Of a stretch of 64,000 bases of DNA, positions 49,492 to 63,030 are shown in pieces (within the stretch, counting starts at the first letter, position 1; the number at the start of each line of letters is the position of its first letter). Position numbers and translations under genes: made by a program. The notes beneath the pieces are model-generated. The model was not told the origin of the DNA, searched no databases, and saw nothing but the letters and a program-made list of their open reading frames with translations. The DNA is from Octopus sinensis (lineage: Eukaryota), in the NCBI RefSeq assembly GCF_006345805.1, contig NC_043021.1:3038001-3102000 (forward strand). Direction: 5' to 3'.

Positions 49492-50329
49492 TTAATACTA
49501 CTTCCATCACTAATAATTGATTGTGTTAGAATAAATAAATAAATATTTACAGTATTTTGTTTTGTATGATACTTTTTCCCCAAAATATAATCCCAATTTT
49601 TTAATTCTTTGTGGTTAACCTAAATAAAATTAAAAGTAATTCGCTTCCCTCCTCTAAAAAAAAACACTCCCGTGCTTTTGACTTTTAATACAAAATGATT
49701 TTGAAGTACATAAAACGGTGTCACTCTGAAATTTAATATAGGATGGTTGTAATTATATTTACTTGTGAAATGGACCGATCTCGTTATCTCTCTGTACCTG
49801 CTTTTACACTGATGACAGCCAGTTACATTCATGTTGCCATATGCTAAGGACTACATGAAAGTACAATCTGTATATTCTTGAAAATAGCTGTGGCCATACA
49901 ATTGCTGTCCATTAATATATCTATTTAAAACAAAAAAAGTTGAAAATTATCAATGAAATTGTGAGATGGTATATTTGGGGAAGATGTGAATAATAATTAT
50001 AACAATTAGTGAGAAAAACAATGTTATTAATATTGTATTTCATGCTGTTTTCAATCAATATACAAGTTTGTGTGTGTGTGTGTGTGCATGCATGTGGTTG
50101 TATGTATTTGTGTGGCTGGTTGTTGGATGTGGACTGTTTTAGGAATAAATAGAGATTGATTTCATTAGATGAAAAGATTTGAGATAAACTCAGTTTTGTA
50201 CAAAAGCTGTTTTGCTTATATCACTGATTACCCTGTTTTGTTTGTGTGCAAAGACCACCAACACCAACAGAAAGTGCTGAAAGGAGGTTCATATAATATA
50301 TATATGTGTGTGTGTATATATATATATAT

Positions 50330-50679
50330 GGCCGATGCCAGCGTCGCCTCGACTGGCTTCCGTGCCGGTGGCACGTAAAAAGCACCATCCGAATCGTGGC
50401 TGATGCCAGTGCCGCCCCAAATGGCTTCCGTGCCGGTGGCACGTAAAATGCACCAATCCGATCGTGGCCGTTGTCAGCCTCGCCTGGCACCTGTGCAGGT
50501 GGCACATAAAAAGCACCCACTACACTCACGGAGTGGTTGGCGTTAGGAAGGGCATCCAGCTGTAGAAACACTGCCAGATCAGACTGGAGCCTGGTGCAGC
50601 CTTCTGGCTTCCCAGATCCCCGGTCGAACCGTCCAACCCATGCTAGCATGGAGAACGGACGTTAAACAATGATGATGAT
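50330..50679 (+). mobile_element. RTE-tail element (family C), three ~60 bp units
   Basis: gccgatgccagcgtcgcc...gcacgtaaaaagcacc units, then ttaggaagggcatccagc...(gat)n. Confidence 0.9.
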
Positions 50680-50705
50680 ATATATATATAGATAGATAGA
50701 TATCC

Positions 50706-50850
50706 ATTGACCTCAAAAGACTATGGATCTGTGCCTGGAGAATTTTGTGTCAGCTGCTAATCGCAGTGCAGTCTTCTGTGGCTGTACAGGCCCACATGGG
50801 AATGACAGCCTTGCATGCAGTGACTGCATTTGAAGATGCTCTCCACCAGC
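50706..50850 (-). pseudogene. RTE/BovB-like LINE 3' end with C2H2 zinc finger
   Basis: SIFKCSHCMQGCHSHVGLYSHRRLH* resembles the BovB-type F.C..C...C.S.IGL.SH.R.H terminal finger; short 3' UTR follows. Confidence 0.55.
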
Positions 50851-52683
50851 ACTACACTTGTGTTTTCCCTTTCTTTGTGTGGGTTTATTATGTCTGTCTT
50901 CCATGCTGGCATGGTTTGGATGCTGTGAGAGGAGCTGGTAAGCCAGAGGATTGCACCAAACTCCACTGTCTGATAATGTAAAGTGCATGTGTATGATTAT
51001 AGCAACTGAGATCTATTACAATCATAAATAACACTCTTGTTTTGGTATTGAGTGCTGTTTCACCCTTCATGCTTATACACACATATTCTCTTCCCCCTTT
51101 CTCTATATATCATTGTCATCATCATCATTTTAACATCCAGTTGCATGGGTTGGGTGGAAGTTATTCAGGAGGATTCTCTACAGCCAGTCACCCTTCTTAT
51201 CACTAAGCCTTACTGCTTTCCAAGTGTGGTGAGATTTCCACATGATTTTGCGAAATATTGGAATTGAATCACATTCATTTACAACAATCCATACAGTATC
51301 AAAACAAAGAGACACATATACGTGTGTGCATGCATGTGCACCTGTGTGATATGGGCTTATTTCTGTTTCTATCTACCAAATTTACTTTCAAGGCTTTTAT
51401 CAGATCAGGGCTATAGTGGGACACACTAACCCAAGATGCCACATAGTGGACTGAACCTGAAGCCATGTGGTTGGGAAGTGAGCTTCTTACCACCTCATTT
51501 AACATCTATATTCCACATTGGCATGGGCTGGACAATTTGACAGGATCAGACTAGCCAGAGTGCTGCATTGTGCTCTGTCTGCTTTGGCAAGGTTTCTATG
51601 GTTGGCTGCTCTTTCTAATACCAACCACTTAGATGTATCAGTGTTTTTTTGTGTTTTTTTTTTGTGTTTTTTTTTGTAGAAGCAAAACTGGCAAGGGCAC
51701 CAAATAACTCACAAGATAAAACTACTTGATTGAATGGGGGTGCAGAATTGAATGAAGGGGTGTTGTTCCAGATGCCCCATCATTCCATCTCTCAAAGCAT
51801 TAACATACCTGGGACTACAGTGTGCACTGTACCCCTACCCTTTTGAGCTTTAAGGGAGATTTGTCTGCTATTTCGAGCAAGGTGGACAACCACATAAAAG
51901 CTCCCTCTTTGATTCATTTTATTCTGGTGATAGGAAACAATCTACTGACTCTACAAAGGAACAGCTGAACTAGGGTTTGTTTCTATATCACTTGTTTGTC
52001 TTTTCCCTCTGATTTCTCTGAATACTTCACTATCCAACAAGGTATTTTATCTATAACCTGACAAACATCCCTGTCGGTTGTCATAAAATGTTATTTATTT
52101 TCTGGATCTTACAATCTCATAAGAATAATTATGTCAAAAACAATACATATTTTCATTTTATCCTAAAGAATATGATTGTCAGCTTGCTATTTTGTTGCTA
52201 GGCAGGTATTGCTGCTCTGTTTTACACGCTATTGTTTTTCCAAACCTGTGTTATTTCTGATTAAAATTTATAGTAATCATGTGCGTAATCTCTGCATGAG
52301 CAGAGTGCTAATCTGCATAGATAGGATCTGCTTGTGTATGGCTGTTTTCAAGTACATATTTAACCTTTTTGCTACCCTATTTCTGTTCAAATACACTGCC
52401 TTTCATCATCATCATCATCATCATTTAATGTCCATTTTCCATGCTGGCATGGGTTGGATGGTTTGACCAGAACTGGTGAGGCCAGGGGTCATACCAGGCT
52501 CCATTTGTTTTGGCTTGGTTTCTACAGCTGGACACCCTTCCTAATGCCAACCACTCCGCAGAGTATACTGCCTTTGTTTCAATTCATTTTCAAAATAACA
52601 AAGAATTTAAGTATTATTAAGCTGGGGTGTGGAACAATTTAGCATAAAATATTGATGGAAGATTATAATTTAGACCACTTTAA

Positions 52684-52895
52684 CCCTTTAGTGTTTGCAT
52701 TATTCTGCCAAAATTAATGCTTTTTCATCCACATTGTTTTGAACTAATCATTCATTAATCTTGTAGCCATGAGATTTTGATGAGGTAACTGTTAATTTTA
52801 AAAATGACATTGTAGGGTTGGTGTGAGAGACCAGATCTGACCAGTTTGGACATAAAACAGGCAGAATACTTTTGGCTGGTTTGAATGCTAAAGGG
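52684..52895. mobile_element. piggyBac-like MITE (P1), intact ends
   Basis: TTAA 52680-52683 and 52896-52899; TIR ccctttag / ctaaaggg. Confidence 0.8.
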
Positions 52896-53844
52896 TTAAA
52901 ACAGTAAGTTTGTCATAGAACCTGGGGTAGTCTAAGGGCGGTTTGCATCAAAAGGGTTAAGTAAACAAATAGAAATCTACTTCACTGGCCAGCTTTGTGC
53001 TACTGCAACTTATGCAGTAAAGGTTAATAAATTGAAGTACTTTGAGATGAGAACCAAGTTATGTCATATCACCATTAAATTTTTTGTTGGTTTCATTCAG
53101 ACATTGGTCCATCTCGGGGCATGACTTTCAAGGCTTTTAATCACTTGTGTCATCATCCCAAGTATTTAGTCTGGCAGTTGTTTCATTGATTCGTATTTAT
53201 TGAATGGCTAAGTCAACATATTGAGTTATATTCCCCTTTTCTAAGGAGGTAATTTGTTTTTGAAACGAATGCTGCAATACAGTGTGTGTGTGTGTGTGTA
53301 CACAAATACACATGTCCGTGTGTTTTTAGAATGGACATAGAAATGAAATATCATTCATATTGTTTTCCCATTGATTTTTTTCATTTTTCTGTTTAATATG
53401 TTTTACTCTCTTTATGTATTACAGCATATATTACAATGGAAGCCACTGTGTACATGACTATGCATCCACAACATGTAGATGTTGAGTTTAATATATTATA
53501 TTGAGCTCTAATGTAATTGGTTATTTGTTGTACAAAAAAAAACGCATCGTAATGTTTTTGTGTGACTGTGTGTCTATAACTATCTGTGTGTGTGTGGATG
53601 TGCTTCTTATACTAGTATCATCATCAATATCATCATTTTTCATGTTTACATGCGTCAAACAGAATTTGCTGAGTCAAAATTTCCTGTGGCTGGATGCTCT
53701 GCCGGCCATCAACTTTCACCTGTTTCCCCATGACCAGATATGTTTGTCACAGAATATCGGAGACAGAGACTGCTAGCATGCCAGCACGACACTCATTTAC
53801 AACCATCACAATGTCAGAGCAAAGAAACAGTAAGACATGCATGT

Positions 53845-53875
<31 letters not shown>

Positions 53876-54316
53876 TTCAAAACAGATTGATTCGGATTCT
53901 GTGCTACTTCAAGTTTTGCAAGCCCCTAATGGAGCCTGTCTCCTCGGGCTGCTGTGTTATCCGAATGAATGGGAGAAGTACAAGAAGTCTGTTCATTCAG
54001 ATATCCCACCAGCCTGAGGAGACCGGAATCTAAAGTTGCACGGAATCTAAATCAACATATCTTGAATAATACATGTTACTCCCAATAAACATGTTGAGTT
54101 TCCTTTCTTTCATTTGTCCCCCCACCACACACACACACACACATGAATGCTAATCTTCTTTCAGTTTCTGTCCACCAAATCCACACAAGGCTGTGGTCAA
54201 CTTTGGTTAGGATGAAGCTCTTTGCTCAACATACCACATAGTAGGATTGAAGCCAAAAAACTAAGAAGGATACTTTTTATATCCATCTTATTGTTACATC
54301 TGCTGTCTCTTGACAG

Positions 54317-54354
<38 letters not shown>

Positions 54355-56498
54355 GTTTAATATATTGAAGTTTCCATTTTATGTCACTGTTAACCCTTTT
54401 GATATCAACCCACCTGAAATTACCCCTGATTCTACGATACAAACTTCCTGTTTGTATCTCCACTAAAACCTCCATTACATTTCTATGTTAATACATGTTT
54501 CTACCTACAGTTTAACAATAAGGTTACTTAACTAAATTCTTTGTTGTTTTTCAAGATTAACTGAAACAAAGTATTTCAGCAGAATTATGGCCACAAAAGA
54601 GTTGGCTTCTGTGAATGAGTGTTGGAGTGTCTGACCAATCACATAAATTAGTTAGGATGTTATAGCTGTAGCAAATAATGGGTTTGTATCTGTGATAGCT
54701 GTGTGATTAATTAGCTTGCTTTGCAGTCATGTGGTTTTGGGTTCAGTCCTACTGCACAGCATCATGGGCAAGTGTCTTCAACTATAGCCATGGGCCAACC
54801 AATGCCCTGTGAATGAATTTGGTAGACAGAAACTTTGAAAGCCTGTTGTGTGTGTGTGTTCCCTCTCATACAAACAGGCATCGGTTTGCTTCCAACATCG
54901 GTTTAATCACATACCCATAACTTGTCAGTTTGGCAAAAGAGATCAATAAAATAAGTGCCAGACTTAGTAGGCCTTTAGCATTCAGATTAATCTGTCAAAT
55001 GTAATGCTTATTGATTCACATTGTTTTAATTTAATCGTGCATTATCATGTAGCTTCTAGATTATGATGATGTAATTGTTTGTTTTGAGAATGACATTGTA
55101 AGGTGGGTGTGAGGGGCCAGATGTGGTTGGCTTTGATAGAAAACTGGTAGAATATTTAGGCTTGATTTGCATGACAAAAACCCCTTAAGGTGGTGCCCCA
55201 GCATGGCTGCAGTCCAATGACTGAGACAAGATAAAAGATTCATAGAGTATTATCTATTACATTGATAGGTAACTTTGGAAGTATAATTTTTGTCACTGTA
55301 AATTATATCAAGAAATATGTCGTATAAACAATAATTATAATTTCGCTTTTATGAAATTTCTTTGTGATTATATAAAACGATGAAATAATACTAATTTTAA
55401 AAGAAAGATATTTATTACTGTGGAATTTAAATAAAACTAATTTCTCATTTGTATATTTGCAATAAATATAAGTTATTTTTCTAAATTTTATGAATATAAT
55501 CACAGTCCACTGAAAATCTGCAAAATTTCATTAAAAATTTGTATTTCTTTGAATGTTATGAGACACCCATTTGCATCTCTTACATTAATTCTGTATCTTT
55601 TTTTTTTACTTTTTCTATATGATTTAAAGTGTGATGAGAGAAATCCACCAATCAACATTTATATTGACATAAAAACCATATGCAAAAGCAGACAGGAGAG
55701 AATGGTGCAGTCCTCTGGCTTGCCAGTTCCAGTCCAACTGTCTGCCCCGTGCCAGTATGGAAAAGAGATGTTAAATGATGACAATGATGATGGTAGTGGA
55801 AGCCATCACCCACCCACAGCCGCTGCTACTGTGTGGGTGAAATTCACTTCTTGGCCATGTGTGGTTTTGGGTTCAGCCCCATTGTGCTGCACCTTGAGCA
55901 AGTGAATTTGTTGGGCAGAAAGTGTGTGAACCATGCCCTCTGTGTATGTCTGCAGTAAGTTTACAATCTGTACTTGTATGGAAACAACACTGAGCTGTAA
56001 ACACTGAAATTTGGTAAAGATTGTCCTTTAGCTCAGCATTTTTATTGATGTGGGAGAGTATCTAGCAATGCCTCCATAATATGTACTCATCTAACCTATG
56101 CTAGCATAGAAAAACAGATGTCAAACAAATTACAAATAATTGTACTTTTTTTTTTTGTGATTAAGTTTCTATGTTTACTAACTTGTGACTTGGTTGTTCA
56201 AGATAAAAGTTGCTTACTGGAATATTTTCATTGGTAATGTCACCAATGACTATCTTATCTCATGCTAGTCTGATAAGTCAGTTACTTGATTTTATTTTTG
56301 ATTCTTTATATATTTTTCAAATTGTAATTGAGCTAAGAAGTATGTGCAATGGATTTGATAAGAGGGAAAGGCGTGGTATAATGCCCTGTTCCTTTCTTAG
56401 GGTTGTTGGGTATAAATGACAACTGCAGCTGGGCTTGGAAAACCAGTTTATGGACTCAGTTTATTTTCTCTCTAGCTTTTTTGCACCAGTTATATTTA

Positions 56499-56683
56499 CT
56501 CTCTCTTTTACTCTTTTACTTGTTTCAGTCATTTGACTGCGGCCATGCTGGAGCACCGCCTTTAGTCGAGCAACTAGACCCAAGGACTTATTCTTTGTAA
56601 GCCCAGTACTTATTCTGTCGGTCTCTTTTGCCGAACCGCTAAGTGACAGGGACATAAACACGCCAGCATCGGTTGTCAAGCAA
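56499..56683 (-). mobile_element. SINE family A, 3' half
   Basis: Tail and second body only. Confidence 0.9.
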
Positions 56684-57479
56684 CTGTTTTTTTTTTTGTG
56701 TTTTTTTTTCTCAAAGCCCAGAGTGGTAGATAATGGATTTTATTTTTTTCTATTATAAGATACAGCGTTGAATTGCTATTGTTATTGTTTTAAATATTTT
56801 AAATTGCAGCAGTTTTTTCCTGGTAAAGTAGTGACTAAAAGTGGGAGTTCTTGTTGCAGTATTAGTTAATTTGGTAAATATTGTTAACGAGTGAAAAGCA
56901 GTATTGAGTGTTAGAGGGAGGACAACGTGTGCAGTAATCAGGTATGTTGCTACATGGGATAGAATCATGGAATAAAGTACCATTGTAGTAACAGGCAAAG
57001 AATGTTGCATTCTTAGCTTAGTAGTAGTAGTAGTGGTAGTGAGGAGGCGAGAGAGGACAAGTTAAATATTGTCATCATCATTATGTGCCAAGTGTTTAGT
57101 AAATGGAATGACTAGTTATTTCTCTAGCTGACAACTTGGGTAGATTTTGAAAGAATGTCACATTATTTTAGTATAGCTGTGTGGTAAATGACATTTTGAA
57201 GTCACACACACACACACAGCTTATCTATATATAAAAATAGCAAACAGACCCATGTACCAGCCTGCCTACACGAATTACAAAATATATGCACCCCTATTCC
57301 CCAGTGCCATGTGGGCCCTAGTTGAAAACCACTGGGGAGTAGGGGTGCATATATTTTGCTAAAATTTATCTTTTCTATTTTACCTAAGTCATTAGACTGT
57401 GGCCATGCTGGGGTACTGCCTTCAGGAATTTTAGTCAAACGGGAAAGCAGTCCAGAATCCTTGTCCGGTATCGGATCAA

Positions 57480-57630
57480 TCCCAAAATCTAATCAGTTCA
57501 TGCCAGTCATGAGACCAAACATCCCTGAAAGTTTCATCCAAATCCATTCAGCAATTCTTGAGATACCATGTCCATGGACAAACAAATACAACTGAAATCA
57601 ATACCCCCGCCTTCACTATAGCGGAAGTAA
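57480..57630 (+). mobile_element. Probable 3' end of a Helitron-like non-autonomous element
   Basis: gaaagtttcatccaaatcc...aacaaatacaactgaaatcaatacccccgccttcactatagcggaag with terminal ccgc...gcgg hairpin. Confidence 0.4.
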
Positions 57631-57892
57631 TAAGAAGCCAAATGCAGTAATGCCTTGATATATGAGTTAATTTGTACCCGGAGACCGCTCATAAAGTGAA
57701 AACTCCTAAAGCAGGGCAATAATTTCCCATAGTAGCAATGTTATAAATTGTAATTCATTCCCAGAAAAATATTTTACCTGTAAAATTTTAAACATTCGTA
57801 AATAAATGGTTATAAAACATCGGTAGAATATAACGAATATTTTATGTAAAATAAAAAGAATGTCAAGATCATTTATAATAAAAAATATTATA

Positions 57893-58310
57893 GGCGCAGG
57901 AGTGGCTGTGTGGTAAGTAGCTTGTTTACCAACCACATGGTTCCGGGTTCAGTCCCACTGCGTGGCACCATGGGCAAGTGTCTTCTACTATAGCCTCGGG
58001 CCGACCAATGCCTTGTGAGTGGATTTGGTAGATGGAAACTGAAAGAAGCCTGTCGTATATTTTTATATATATATATATACATATATATATGTGTGTATGT
58101 GTTTGTGTGTCTGTGTTTGTCCCCTTAGCATTGCTTGACAACCAATGCTGGTGTGTTTACGTCCCCGTCACTTAGCGGTTCGGCAAAAGAGACTGATAGA
58201 ATAAGTACTGGGCTTACAGAGAATAAGTCCCGGGGTCGATTTGCTCGACTAAAGGCGGTGCTCCAGCATGGCCGCAGTCAAATGACTGAAACAAGTAAAA
58301 GAGTAAAGAG
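57893..58310 (+). mobile_element. SINE family A, full length, 24 bp TSD
   Basis: atcatttataataaaaaatattat at 57868-57891 and 58312-58335. Confidence 0.95.
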
Positions 58311-58849
58311 TATCATTTATAATAAAAAATATTATTATAATCGTTTTCTGAATCGCTTTCACTCACACACCATCATCACTTGCAGACATGATTGCCAATT
58401 CACAAGCACTCGTAGATGGACTTATAAGTTCCTTTTTAAAAGACAAATCTAGAGTTGTTTGCTTAGAAGCCTTTTTTCACTCTCTATAAATTTCTGGGTT
58501 ACACGCAGAAGCATTTGTTATGATAGTAGAAACTTTTGCACTTTGTTCGAAATTTGGATCTTGTGCTTGAAAAATAAACCTTGTAAACCTGGGGTCTCGT
58601 AAAGCGGGTCCTTGTAAAGTGAGGTATTGCTGTATAGAGAAACTAAGTGCAACTGTTCCGCAGTGTGGAAGTGGTATATATATTATTGCTGTTACTCTTG
58701 ATGATTGCTCATTATAATTTTAGTGGTAATAAAATAGAGCATCAATCAGGTTGTACTGTGTTGTTCTTAGTGTCCTTCATAAAGCTAAATGATTAATTAA
58801 ATTTTGCTCAGAGAATTTTTAATTGTAAAATCATTCCAAAAACATTTGG

Positions 58850-59008
58850 TTTATGTATATGCACACACATATGCATGTACTCTCTCGCACACACACACAC
58901 ACACATATGCATGTACTCTCTCGCACACACACACACATGCATGTACTCTCTTGCGCGCACACACACATATGCATGTACTCTCTTGCACGCACACACACAC
59001 ATATGCTT

Positions 59009-59053
<45 letters not shown>

Positions 59054-59123
59054 TGCATGTACTCTCTTGCGCGCACACACACATATGCTTGTTCTCTCTC
59101 TCTCTCTCTCTCACTCACTCACT

Positions 59124-59154
<31 letters not shown>

Positions 59155-59180
59155 ACACACACACAGATGCACACACAGAG
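58850..59180. repeat. Minisatellite (cacacacatatgcatgtactctctcg)n mixed with CA/CT runs
   Basis: About seven variant units. Confidence 0.9.
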
Positions 59181-61097
59181 TTGTGTTTTAGTAAAGAAGC
59201 TCTTTTGCTAATTTGTTAATTCAGCAGCTCATTTTAATGCGACTTTGAAGTGTTCTCAGTCGTTGGTTGGTGAAACCTCAAAAGTCACTATCAGTAAAAT
59301 TTTAACATTTAACTTTACACTTGTAGTGAGTACTTTCATTTGCTTAATGTTCACACTTAATACACACATGTACATGTACACACACACACACATATATTTA
59401 GGTACAGATGTGGTTGTGTGATAAGAAGCTTGCTTCCCAACCACATGGTTCCAGGTTCAGTCCCACTGTATTTTGCTCCCTGGGTTAATGTCTTCTATTA
59501 TGGCCTTAGGCTGATCAAAGCTTTGTTAATGGATTTGTTAGATGGAAACTGAAAGAAGCCCACCATGTGTGCATGTTCGTGTGTTTTTCTATTTCCTTGC
59601 CTTATTTACTACTTTATGATAGTTGCAAGCAGGTGTCACCATCATACAGGCGGTCCTTCATTTCAGATCTTCAGATACATTTCTGGTCATTGGAACTGTG
59701 TGAGGTTTGGTGAGAGGAAGGGCATCTGGCTGTAGAAAATCTAATTCAACAAATTCCATCTGACCCACATGGGCATAGGGAAGTGGACATTTATATGAAA
59801 TAATGATTGTGTGTGTGTGTGTGTGTGTGTGTGTTCGTTTAAAGCTGACCTCCCACTTCATTGCAACAATGCCTGTTGCTAAGCGGATGCAGTGGATGAT
59901 ACTCCCCCCCCCCACTATTCAATGGTACACCCTTAGATTTACTCCACTTTAGTGACTTCACTTCAGCGTTCTTACAAAATGGTGCCCACCTAGACTATTC
60001 TGAAGCACCTTAAGGCACCAAATTCTGACGAAGGGCTTGGTGCATGTGATCCTTTAAGTAGCGGCACTCATCTCTTTGATACCGAGTAAGTTTGGTGATC
60101 AATAGTCGCCAGTTTTAAAAGAATAAGCTCTATTGTATCTCCGAGTAAATGTGTTTAAGCCCCATTATTTGTCTTTGGGTGATCTATTAGTTTTAAAATA
60201 GGTTTTTACTTGCTCCAAAAACTGTATATATATCACTTAGAGAAAGAAACATATTCATACGTTTCGAGTAGTGTTGTTACGCATGAAACAAAAAATATTT
60301 CTTAAATAGAATTAAAGAAGTATTTGTTAAATGTCAGTCATGGGTTTTAGAGATAGACATTCATTGTGCACATAGAGGAGATTTAAAGATTAAATATATT
60401 GAGTATTTGTGATTGGGAAAGGGCAGTGATTTTATGAACGTTGATAAGAATGTTTTATCTCTTACTTGTTTCAGTCATTAGACTATACCAATGCTGGAAT
60501 ACCGCCTTGAAAGGTTTTAGTTGAACAAATAAATCCAGTGCTTTTTTTTTTTTTTTTTTTTTTTAAATCCTGGTACTTATTCTGTTGGGCTCATCTGTCA
60601 AACTGCTAAATTATGAGGATATAAACAAATCAACGCTGTTTGTCAAGTTGTGTAGGGAAACAACTACATAGTTACAAAGTGAGCTTCTTAACCACAAAGT
60701 CATGCTTGTGCTTACTAGGTGTAGCTAAACTGAAGCTTTGGAACTGTGTGCTGCTCTGAGTCAACCTGCACATCATAAAGATATGTTAGTTGAATTTCTT
60801 TGTGTACGATATAAAGTTATTTTAAAATTGAAAAAAAAAAATATATATATATACATATATTATATTAAATTAGAGACAAAACCACTAGTAGGCAAATCAT
60901 ACAATGAAAAACTTAAGCCAATACATAAGATTATTTAATTTATATTATTTAAATATATAACAAAATTATTAAAAAAATATAATTAATATATCACTACGAT
61001 CGTTTCATGGCTGTTAATTTCTTTAAATTTTCGAGTTACAGTCATTCATCAGGTGGTTTAAATATTTATCTTGGCGAGGTTTAAACATATATATATA

Positions 61098-62695
61098 TCA
61101 TCATCATCATCATCATCGTCATTTAGCGTCCGTTTTCCATGCTAGCATGGGTTGGACGGTTCAACTGGGGTCTGGGGAGCCCGAAGGCTGCACCAGGCCA
61201 GTCAGATCTGGCAGTGTTTCTACAGCTGGATGCCCTTCCTAACGCCAACCACTCCGAGAGTGTAGTGGGTGATTTTATGTGCCACCGACACAGGTACCAG
61301 ACGAGGCTGGCGAACGGCCACGCTCGGATGTGTTTTTATGTGCCACCGACACAGGTGCCAGACGAGGCTGGCAGACGGCCACGCTCGGATGGTGTTTTTA
61401 TGTGCCACCGACACAGGTGCCAGATGAGGCTGGCGGACGGCCACGATCGGATGGTGTTTGTTACGTCCCCAAAGCACGGAGGCCAGTCTATGCGGTACTG
61501 GCTACGGCCACGTTCGGATGATTTTCTTGTGTGCCACCGGCACTGGTACCACAAGATACAAATTCCATTGATGTTCATCTATTTTGATTTGTTTTGATTT
61601 GATTTTCACTTGCCTCAACAGGTCTTCACAAGTGTCACAAGAAGGAAGGTATGCACAGGTGGACTGACTACGTCCAGGTAGGGGCCACGGGTTATGGCCT
61701 GACTAGTCTTGCCGGGTCTTCGGATGGTGTTTTTATGTGCCACCGACTCAGGTGCCAGATGAGGCTGGCGAACGGCCACGATCGGATGGTGTTTGTTACG
61801 TGCCCACAGCACGGAGGCCAGTCGATGCGGTACTGGCTACGGCCACGTTCGGATGGTTTTCTTGTGTGCCACCGGCACTGGTACCACAAAGATACAAATT
61901 CCATTGATGTTCATCCATTTTGATTTGATTTGATTTGATTTGATTTTCACTTGCCTCAACAGGTCTTCACAGGTCTTCACAAGTGTCACAGGAAGGAAGG
62001 AAGGTATGCACAGGGGACTGACTACGTCCCAAGTAGGGGCCACGGGTTATGGCCTGACTAGTCTTGCCGGGTCTTCGGTTGGTGTTTTTATGTGCCACCG
62101 ACACAGGTGCCAGATGAGGCTGGCGAACGGCCACGATCGGATGGTGTTTGTTATGTGCCCACGTCACAGACGCCAGTCGATGCGGTACTGGCTACGGCCA
62201 CGTTCGGATGGTTTTCTTGTGCGCCACCGGTACTGGAACCACAAAGATACAAATTCCATTGATGTTCATCTATTTTGATTTGGATTGATTTGATTTTCAC
62301 TTGCCTCAACAGGTCTTCACAAGTGTCACACACTTGCCTCAACAGGTCTCCACAAGTGTCACACACTTGCCTCTGCCTCACAGGTCTTCACAAGTGTCAC
62401 ACACTTGCCTCAACATGTCTTCACAAGTGTCATAAGAGGGAAGGTATGCACAGGTGGACGACTACGTCGCCGGGTCTTCGGATGGTGTCTTATGTGCCAC
62501 CGACACAGGTGCCAGATGAGGCTGGCGAACGGCCACGATCGGATGGTGTGTGTTGTGCCCACAGCACGGAGGCCAGTCAATGCGGTACTGGCTACGGACA
62601 CGTTCGGATGGTTTTCTTGTGTGCCACCGGTACTGGAACCACAAAGATACAAATTCCATTGATGTTCATCTATTTTGATTTGGTTTGATTTTGAT
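61098..62695 (-). mobile_element. Multimeric family C element: RTE tail plus 3.x tandem 336-400 bp units
   Basis: gatacaaattcc anchor at 61555, 61891, 62246, 62646; single RTE-type tail and (cat)n at 61098-61280. Confidence 0.88.
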
Positions 62696-62716
62696 ATATA
62701 TATATATATATATATA

Positions 62717-63030
62717 TCATCATTTAGCGTCTGCTTTCCATGCTAGCATGGGTTGGACGGTTTAACTGGGGTCTGGGAAGCCAGGAGGCTGCACCAGGCC
62801 CAGTCTGATCTGGCAATGTTTCTACGGCTGGATGCCCTTCCTAATGCCAACCACATATCATCATTTAGCATCTGCTTTCCATGCTAGCATGGGTTGGACG
62901 GTTTAACTGGGGTCTGGGAAGCCAGGAGGCTGCACCAGGCCCAGTCTGATCTGGCAATGTTTCTACGGCTGGATGCCCTTCCTAATGCCAACCACTCCGT
63001 GAGTGTAGTGGATGCGTTTTACGTGCCAGT
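62717..63030 (-). mobile_element. Tandemly duplicated family C tail (two ~140 bp copies)
   Basis: 62717-62855 and 62858-62993 differ at only a couple of positions. Confidence 0.9.

Noticed and set aside
53890-54017. GC-richer exon-like segment with a minus-strand acceptor
   Set aside because: All minus frames hit stops before a credible donor; plus frames are unrecognised
60016-60045. gcaccaa-attctgacgaagggc-ttggtgc hairpin containing CUGACGA
   Set aside because: No GAAA/stem III/NUH elements follow, so not a hammerhead
61098-62695. CRISPR-like appearance of the ~60 bp and 33 bp repeats
   Set aside because: No unique spacers, no cas genes, eukaryotic context; units are contiguous tandem repeats
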